Below, piece after piece: positions 55,901 to 61,503 of a stretch of 61,503 nucleotides of DNA. The notes under the pieces are model-generated. The model was not told where the DNA came from. It worked only from the letters and a program-made list of their open reading frames with translations, and did not search any database. Position 1 is the stretch's first letter. The number at the start of each line of letters is the position of its first letter. Location of the stretch: positions 1,459,646 to 1,521,148 of the forward strand of contig CP070761.1 of assembly GCA_020348985.1 (NCBI GenBank). The letters run 5' to 3'. This DNA is from Candidatus Thorarchaeota archaeon (GTDB lineage: Archaea > Asgardarchaeota > Thorarchaeia > Thorarchaeales > Thorarchaeaceae). The position numbers were made by a program, and so were the translations under genes.

Positions 55901-56983
55901 TCACATATTTTGGCCGCCTGTTTCAGGCGGCGGAGCTGTGACATTCCTATAGGCAAGCCAAACCAGGACGAAACACAGCACCGTAACGATGAGCACGTAT
56001 TCAAGTGGTACCGAGAAGCCGTACAAGACGTAAGAAATGATCTGGAATATACCTGTCAACAAGTGAATCATGATAGTAGCTGCATTGGCTGGGACCAGCT
56101 CGAAAGGACGATCAAACACCTTTAATGTGTGCCTCACTGAGAATGCACTGAGTGGCAGGGTTGCGAAAACGATGAAATTCATCCACCTAATCAAGTCGAA
56201 GAAGACCCCAAAACCAATCACTATATAGACGGCCGCAATGAAGAGTGCGTATCCGTAAGATGCTCTTCTAAGACCTAGCCGGACGACGAGTGTGCGCTTT
56301 CCGGCTGCTTCATCAGCCCGTAGATCTGGAAACTCGTTGATGTACAGAATCGCGGAAATGAGCAATGCTAATGGCAATGATGCCACAAGCGATTCCAGAT
56401 CGAAAGCTTGGACTTGGACGAAATATGCGCCCATAACTAATAGAACTCCGAAGTTCAGCCCGATGAAGAACTCGCCAATACCTCGATGCACAAACCTGAA
56501 TGGAGGCGCAGTATAGAAGAATCCAGAGAAAGCTCCGATGATTCCAAGAACAAGAAGAATGAGTCCTCGGCTTAGGGCCAAGTACAGTCCGATGATACCA
56601 GCGATACCGAAGAAGACGAAGGACCCAAACAGAACCTCTCTCGGTGAAAGATACCCAAGCTGTATCATCCTGCTTCCGCCGCTGAAAGGTCTGATGAATT
56701 CAATATTGATGTCATCTGAACCAGTATCATCACTAGCATGGTCAAAGTAATCGTTCGACACGTTGGCACCAAGATGTAGACAACATCCAGCAATTACCGT
56801 AAGTAGAAACATATCCCACAGGATAACCCCGTGCAAGCCCCAAGCCATTGCAGTACCGAGAATGACTGGAACTATGGACCCTGTCAGAAACGGAAGCCTA
56901 AGCTCTATGAGCCAGGCGCGAGCTTTGCTCGGTTTTCTGGGGAGTTGGCTTTCTTCGAACTCCACGCTATCCGTTGGGACCAT
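55901..56983 (-). CDS. menA: 1,4-dihydroxy-2-naphthoate polyprenyltransferase (UbiA family)
   Basis: WLIELRLPFL, NDYFD...GSD, GGSR, YTAPP, GIGE and NEFPD..AD..AGKRTLVVRLG. Confidence 0.88.
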   Translation of the reverse strand: MVPTDSVEFEESQLPRKPSKARAWLIELRLPFLTGSIVPVILGTAMAWGLHGVILWDMFLLTVIAGCCLHLGANVSNDYFDHASDDTGSDDINIEFIRPFSGGSRMIQLGYLSPREVLFGSFVFFGIAGIIGLYLALSRGLILLVLGIIGAFSGFFYTAPPFRFVHRGIGEFFIGLNFGVLLVMGAYFVQVQAFDLESLVASLPLALLISAILYINEFPDLRADEAAGKRTLVVRLGLRRASYGYALFIAAVYIVIGFGVFFDLIRWMNFIVFATLPLSAFSVRHTLKVFDRPFELVPANAATIMIHLLTGIFQIISYVLYGFSVPLEYVLIVTVLCFVLVWLAYRNVTAPPPETGGQNM

Positions 56984-57127
56984 CTTGATTCGATGCGAGA
57001 AATCCGACTTCGATTCAAAAGGGTTTCTCCAGTTCCGCAATTAGCTCTTCTCGAAACGTTTAAGGAAGGCGTTTGTACGGTTGAGATGTACGGCGAACAG
57101 CCAGGTAATATCTTGGAGACTCATTTA

Positions 57128-58222
57128 ATGACTGGAAGGGACTCTGCAACCCAAGGTTCAAGGCCTCAAACGGATGAGTCCCCTATTGAAGAGAAGAATG
57201 ATTCAAGCAAGGTTGAATCAGACACTCCCGAAATACAGATACGTTCTTCACTCATTGAACTTCTTGACAACGATGAGCTAAAGACGCGAATGAAAAGCAT
57301 CGATAATGCAATTATGAGCTGCCTCATGGAAGAAGAAGGTAAACCGGCACAGCTCTATGAGACTGCAGCATACCTGATACGTGCCGGAGGAAAGCGATTG
57401 CGGTCATTGCTTGTAGTATTAAGCTGTGAGGCTGTAGAAGGGAAGATAGAGGATGCACTGCCATTCGCCATTGCGACAGAATTCGTTCAGACTGCAAGCC
57501 TCATCCACGATGACATTATCGATGATGATGCAGTTCGACGAGGAGTTGAAAGCGTTCACAGGCGCTTTGGACTTAGGTTCGCAATCCTTGCTGGAGACTT
57601 GTTGGTAGCCCAAGCACTCAAGCTTGTTGGTGGAAACGCCACTCCGGACTTGATGGTTCACATAGCCAACGGCGGTATCAGAATGTGCGAGGGACAAGCG
57701 GCAGACATTCTCATGACCGTTGATGACGGAGATACACTCAGTGAAGAAGACTACCTCCATATGATTGAAAGGAAGACTGTCTCGTTCATGAGAGAAGCTG
57801 CAAGAATGGGAGCGGCTGTTGGAGAAGCTTCAGACGAGAAGCGAGATGCTCTCATTCGATACGCAGAGAATCTCGGCTATGGGTTCCAGATAAGAGACGA
57901 CATTCTTGACATTCTAGGTACGCAGAGAACAACTGGCAAATCGGTTCAAACAGACATTAAACTGAAGAGATACAACTTCCCACTTGTTCATGCGCTCAAG
58001 ACCTGTTCAAATCTGGAACGTGAATTGTGCCTTCGCGGGATTGCAGATGGAGACTTTGATCGCACACTAAAAATGATCGAAGACACCGGCGCAGTCGGAT
58101 ACGCCATCGATATTGCCCAACACTACATAGAGAAGGCGAAAGCCGCATTAATTGGTCATGACTTCAAAAACCAAAATCTGCTTCAGGCCCTTGCTGATTT
58201 CGTTCTATCTCGAATTCACTGA
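57128..58222 (+). CDS. Trans-polyprenyl diphosphate synthase (probably medium or long chain)
   Basis: GGKRLR, FARM ASLIHDDIIDD..RRG, GQAAD, KT and SARM FQIRDDILD. Start approximate. Confidence 0.92.
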   Translation: MTGRDSATQGSRPQTDESPIEEKNDSSKVESDTPEIQIRSSLIELLDNDELKTRMKSIDNAIMSCLMEEEGKPAQLYETAAYLIRAGGKRLRSLLVVLSCEAVEGKIEDALPFAIATEFVQTASLIHDDIIDDDAVRRGVESVHRRFGLRFAILAGDLLVAQALKLVGGNATPDLMVHIANGGIRMCEGQAADILMTVDDGDTLSEEDYLHMIERKTVSFMREAARMGAAVGEASDEKRDALIRYAENLGYGFQIRDDILDILGTQRTTGKSVQTDIKLKRYNFPLVHALKTCSNLERELCLRGIADGDFDRTLKMIEDTGAVGYAIDIAQHYIEKAKAALIGHDFKNQNLLQALADFVLSRIH

Positions 58223-58289
58223 GTTTTCCGCCTGTCCGTCAGACTAAAAAGAAGGACAGAGATGATTCGCAAAATCCTGTTGTGACGCG

Positions 58290-58970
58290 ATGCCATTGAA
58301 TGCTGTCGAAGTCAATGACCTGACAAGAAGATACGGATACCGAACTGCCCTAAGGAAGATATCGTTTAGTCTGGAAGAGGGCGGCATTCATGGACTCTTC
58401 GGGGCCAATGGAGCGGGCAAGACAACTCTGATGCGAATTCTCTCAACAATACTTCGGCCGCATAAGGGTGAGGTAAGAGTTCTAGGCCTAGATCCTGAAG
58501 AGGACACGCTCGAGCTTAGGGCACGCTTGGGTATCGTGGGAGATAAACCCCTTCTCTATGCAGAGCTCACAGGAAGGGAGAATCTTCGATTCTATGGCAG
58601 ACTATATGGAATGGAAAAAGAGTCAATAGAGAAGAGAATCGAAGATCTATCACAAAGATTCGATGTGTTCGAGTGGCTTGATGAGCCGACGAAGATCTTG
58701 TCGACTGGATTGAGAAAGAGATTCGATGTTGCCAGAAGCCTTATACATGACCCTGAGCTCTACTTGCTTGACGAGCCGTTTTCCGGATTGGACCAAGATT
58801 CTTCGGCGGTATTTCTTGAGTATCTAGACGACCACCGGAATGATCGAACTGTGCTGCTAACAACACACAATCTGGCTCTGGGAGCTAGGATTTGCGATGA
58901 CTACCTGACCTTGAAGAAGGGAGAAGTCACTGGCCAGGGCCCGATATCTGAATTCGAAGGGAAGTTGTGA
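58290..58970 (+). CDS. ccmA: Heme exporter ATPase CcmA
   Basis: GANGAGKTT, LSTG signature and LLDEPFSGLD; precedes ccmB and ccmC. Confidence 0.85.
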   Translation: MPLNAVEVNDLTRRYGYRTALRKISFSLEEGGIHGLFGANGAGKTTLMRILSTILRPHKGEVRVLGLDPEEDTLELRARLGIVGDKPLLYAELTGRENLRFYGRLYGMEKESIEKRIEDLSQRFDVFEWLDEPTKILSTGLRKRFDVARSLIHDPELYLLDEPFSGLDQDSSAVFLEYLDDHRNDRTVLLTTHNLALGARICDDYLTLKKGEVTGQGPISEFEGKL

Positions 58971-58979
58971 GGTGAAGTA

Positions 58980-59654
58980 GTGTCGTCGGGTGCCAGAGCC
59001 GCAGCAGCAATAGCAAGGAAAGACATTGTCAGTCAAGCAAGGAAGCGGTTCGAAGTCTTCTCTATGTTCCTTTTTGCACTAATATCAGTGCTGGCATTCT
59101 CTTTTGCAGTGGCAGGTCAGGTTGAGGCAGACACTGCGAGCGCACTTGTGTGGGTCATAATCTTTCTCACCGGCATGTTTGGCTTTGCACCTGTTTTCAT
59201 TTCAGAGGCTGAAACCGGTACTCTCCGAGGACTTTCGGTAGCACCAGTCCCATCTTGGTCTGTTTACATCGGCAAGGTGGTCTACGGTTTTGTTATCATG
59301 GGAATAGTTGAAGTCTTCCTCATTCCCATATGCATGGCAATGCTGAACTTCTCTTTCACAGCAGACCCGACTTTCGTTCTCTTCACTTTCGCAATTGGGA
59401 CACTTGACCTCGCAGCTGTGGGTGCGATGGCCTCAGCTCTGACGATGCCGGCTGAATCAAAATCGACCGTCTATCCCCTCGTTTACTTCCCTACTGCGAC
59501 ATCAGCTTTGATTCTTCTTGTGGAGATAACGAGAATCCTTGTTTCAGGGCCAGGACTTATACCAGTTGCTCTCCTTCTGCAGTTTCTCGTTGCACATCTC
59601 TTGGCAATGACGAGCCTTTCAGGTGCTGTATTTCACTTCACACTGACGGGATGA
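58980..59654 (+). CDS. ccmB: Heme exporter permease CcmB
   Basis: KD.....RK, F.SEAETGTL..L, GK and 6 TM helices. Confidence 0.88.
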   Translation: MSSGARAAAAIARKDIVSQARKRFEVFSMFLFALISVLAFSFAVAGQVEADTASALVWVIIFLTGMFGFAPVFISEAETGTLRGLSVAPVPSWSVYIGKVVYGFVIMGIVEVFLIPICMAMLNFSFTADPTFVLFTFAIGTLDLAAVGAMASALTMPAESKSTVYPLVYFPTATSALILLVEITRILVSGPGLIPVALLLQFLVAHLLAMTSLSGAVFHFTLTG

Positions 59655-59719
59655 ATGGACCCTCTATATCGTAATGTTCATATCGAACGTTGTTGGCGGA
59701 ACCAGCCTAGCAAGGACGT

Positions 59720-60394
59720 GTGCTCTTGAATATACTACGTATGGTTCTCTACTTGGTTACTGCAGTGATTACCTTTGTTTACGTCTGGATGACTTGGCTG
59801 TTTGCACCCCCCGAGGCAACTCTTGGAGAGCTCATCCGGATTCTCTTCCAACACACATCTCCAGCCCTTGTTGCATACTTGGCCTTTGGAACCACTCTTG
59901 TAGGCTCAGTTCTCTACATCTGGAAGCAAGACCTGAAATTCGATGTTATCGGGGCGGCTTCAATCAAGATTGGTCTTCTGTTTACTAAAATTACTCTGAT
60001 TAGCGGAATGATTTGGGCTAATGCATATTGGGGAGTTGCATGGAACTGGGATCCTCGGGAGACCACGACACTTGTTCTTTGGATAGCCTATGCATGTATT
60101 CTGGGCTATCGAGCGTCAGTGAATGACCGAGACGTGAGAGCTCAATTCGGTTCAATCTTCGGAATAATATCCTTCCCCGCGGTTTTTCTCAGCTACATTT
60201 CGATTCACATCTGGAACACTCTTCATCCAATAGTCATCACTCCCGGAGGGCTCAATATGGGTGTGGAGCATGGGATGACACTGATGATGAGTCTGATAGC
60301 AATAGGTTTGGTCTACGCTGTGTTGCTGGACCTCACGTACAGGATAGATTCAGCCTCAGAGCGATTGATGGAGATAAGAATGTCAAGGAGTTGA
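59720..60394 (+). CDS. ccmC: Cytochrome c biogenesis protein CcmC
   Basis: RILFQH.S.A, WWD motif GMIWANAYWGVAWNWDPRET and WNTLHP. Confidence 0.93.
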   Translation: MLLNILRMVLYLVTAVITFVYVWMTWLFAPPEATLGELIRILFQHTSPALVAYLAFGTTLVGSVLYIWKQDLKFDVIGAASIKIGLLFTKITLISGMIWANAYWGVAWNWDPRETTTLVLWIAYACILGYRASVNDRDVRAQFGSIFGIISFPAVFLSYISIHIWNTLHPIVITPGGLNMGVEHGMTLMMSLIAIGLVYAVLLDLTYRIDSASERLMEIRMSRS

Positions 60395-60398
60395 TTTG

Positions 60399-60752
60399 AT
60401 GCAGTTTGCTGAACTATTCTCGGTTGCAGGGCTTCTTTGGGGCGGCATCTTCGTCTTCCTCTTATGGCTCTTCTGGCGTGTGTTGAGCTTGGGCAGACTT
60501 TCGCAGAGATATGTTGATGCTCCTGATGACGGCCGAGCCAATCCGATCTTGCTCTTCATCGCGGTCATATTGGAAGCCAGTGGTTTTGGATTTGCGGCTA
60601 TTTCGTGGGCAACCCTTGACCTGTACTCACTCTTCATCATGGCTTGCCTTCTCCTCTCTGGAGTACTGGTATTCGTTCTTTGGCTCATGTTGTCAATGAC
60701 CAAGATTGAAAAGCCCTTGAATGCATATGACACAAGTTCGGGATCGGTGTAG
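60399..60752 (+). CDS. Small 3-TM membrane protein at the CcmD position
   Basis: Lies between ccmC and ccmE; hydrophobic. Identity inferred from position only. Confidence 0.5.
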   Translation: MQFAELFSVAGLLWGGIFVFLLWLFWRVLSLGRLSQRYVDAPDDGRANPILLFIAVILEASGFGFAAISWATLDLYSLFIMACLLLSGVLVFVLWLMLSMTKIEKPLNAYDTSSGSV

Positions 60753-60757
60753 CTCGA

Positions 60758-61153
60758 ATGGCGAAAAAGAAGACCAAGGTTTTAGTAATCGCGGCGATTC
60801 TCCTAGTCACTGTTAGCTTTGTCGCATATGGCATGCTTACGCTATTTGTGGACCCGTACCTCGGTGTGGATTTGGTGGTTGAGAATCCGGAGAATTACAT
60901 GGGAAGGACCATTCAGGTTAAAGGAAAGCTTCAGGCTGGCTCCATTAACATTGGGGCTGAGAACACAACCCTGGTGATGTATGGCGACACGCACACAATC
61001 ACAGTCCTAGTAGAGGGACAGCTACCTAACTTGGTAGACGACCAGGATATGGTTGCTGTTGGTGTTTTGGAGGTCGGGAACATAATTCGGGCATCCCAGC
61101 TACTTGCTCAGTGTCCAAGCAAGTATGAGGCAACCACTACGACTACTCCCTAG
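60758..61153 (+). CDS. ccmE: Heme chaperone CcmE (CxxxY type)
   Basis: N-terminal TM, OB fold (IQVKG...G.LP....VAVG) and AQCPSKY. Confidence 0.92.
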   Translation: MAKKKTKVLVIAAILLVTVSFVAYGMLTLFVDPYLGVDLVVENPENYMGRTIQVKGKLQAGSINIGAENTTLVMYGDTHTITVLVEGQLPNLVDDQDMVAVGVLEVGNIIRASQLLAQCPSKYEATTTTTP

Positions 61154-61188
61154 AGTTACAAAAGGGAATTGGGATGAGTGACAGACAG

Positions 61189-61503
61189 CTACTCTGGCTG
61201 CTTCCACTCATCTCCAAATCTAGACTTCCTGTCCCCAGGACGCTGCGCATCCTTCCATGAGACTGGTTTCTCCGCCAGAGTGACTGCTAGTTCTGCAACA
61301 CGTTGTCCCATTTGACGCGCAACGTCAAGACCCTCTGCGTCGGACCTAACATCTCCAACATTCATGGCATAGGCCATTGGCCAGGAGATGCCACCAGGTA
61401 CAATCATCTCTTTCACTAGCATGAAGAAAAGCATGTGAGAGATTGTCAAATCGAGCCCAGACCTACGTCCAACTGTCAGACTGCAGCCAACTTTCCCTTC
61501 CAA
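61189..61503 (-). CDS. Flavodoxin/iron-sulfur flavoprotein family protein, C-terminal part (5' end outside window)
   Basis: KVG....GRRSG...MIVPG...GDV.SD.EGL..AR.MG.RVA. Confidence 0.7.
   Translation of the reverse strand: MEGKVGCSLTVGRRSGLDLTISHMLFFMLVKEMIVPGGISWPMAYAMNVGDVRSDAEGLDVARQMGQRVAELAVTLAEKPVSWKDAQRPGDRKSRFGDEWKQPE

Noticed and set aside
56831-57127. Long N-terminal extensions given by the ORF track (prenyl synthase; also cysS, nuoH, nuoJ, 41079, 53123)
   Set aside because: They overlap neighbouring genes or promoters; downstream ATGs with SD motifs or family-typical N-termini fit better.
1-61503. CRISPR arrays, tRNA/rRNA genes, transposases, integrases
   Set aside because: None was recognised by eye. 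No covariance search was run, so small RNAs could have been missed.

Overview
This is archaeal sequence (TFB, TATA/BRE-like promoters, GGTGA/GGAGG SD motifs, archaeal CxxxY-type CcmE). It is most likely an Asgard archaeon, probably Thorarchaeia, inferred from a Rab-like small GTPase and an Ig-repeat surface protein. The first ~21.7 kb is mixed housekeeping and heterotrophy genes: GH3 glucosidase, cysS, a LarA-family racemase, a split-FeoB operon with a perfect operator palindrome, a serine hydrolase, TFB, NUDIX, oligopeptidase B, a CoA-disulfide reductase/NADH oxidase, a response regulator, SSB, a 2PG-kinase-like protein and a Rab-like GTPase. From ~21.8 to 61.2 kb lies a ~39 kb respiratory island with four main parts. 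(i) A complex-I-like operon (A-J-K-C-D-H-I-M2-L-M1-N) with four antiporter-like subunits and a 26-aa-spaced duplication in the NuoL lateral helix, i.e. a '2M'-type complex. NuoEFG/FpoF are absent from the window and NuoD has no NiFe ligands. (ii) The only NuoB here, fused in-frame behind a VAO/GlcD-type FAD domain. (iii) Five FAD-oxidoreductase plus five CCG-domain (HdrD/GlcF-like) Fe-S gene pairs whose flavoproteins lack the 2-hydroxyacid dehydrogenase metal site, interleaved with His-bearing 4-TM putative cytochrome b proteins and surface CxxCH/CX4CH proteins. (iv) menA, a long-chain prenyl synthase and ccmABC(D)E. The best candidate for an undescribed system is this flavoprotein-NuoB-fused 2M complex with its paralogous FAD/CCG/cytochrome modules. 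All calls are by motif recognition only; no database searches were run, so novelty is unverified.
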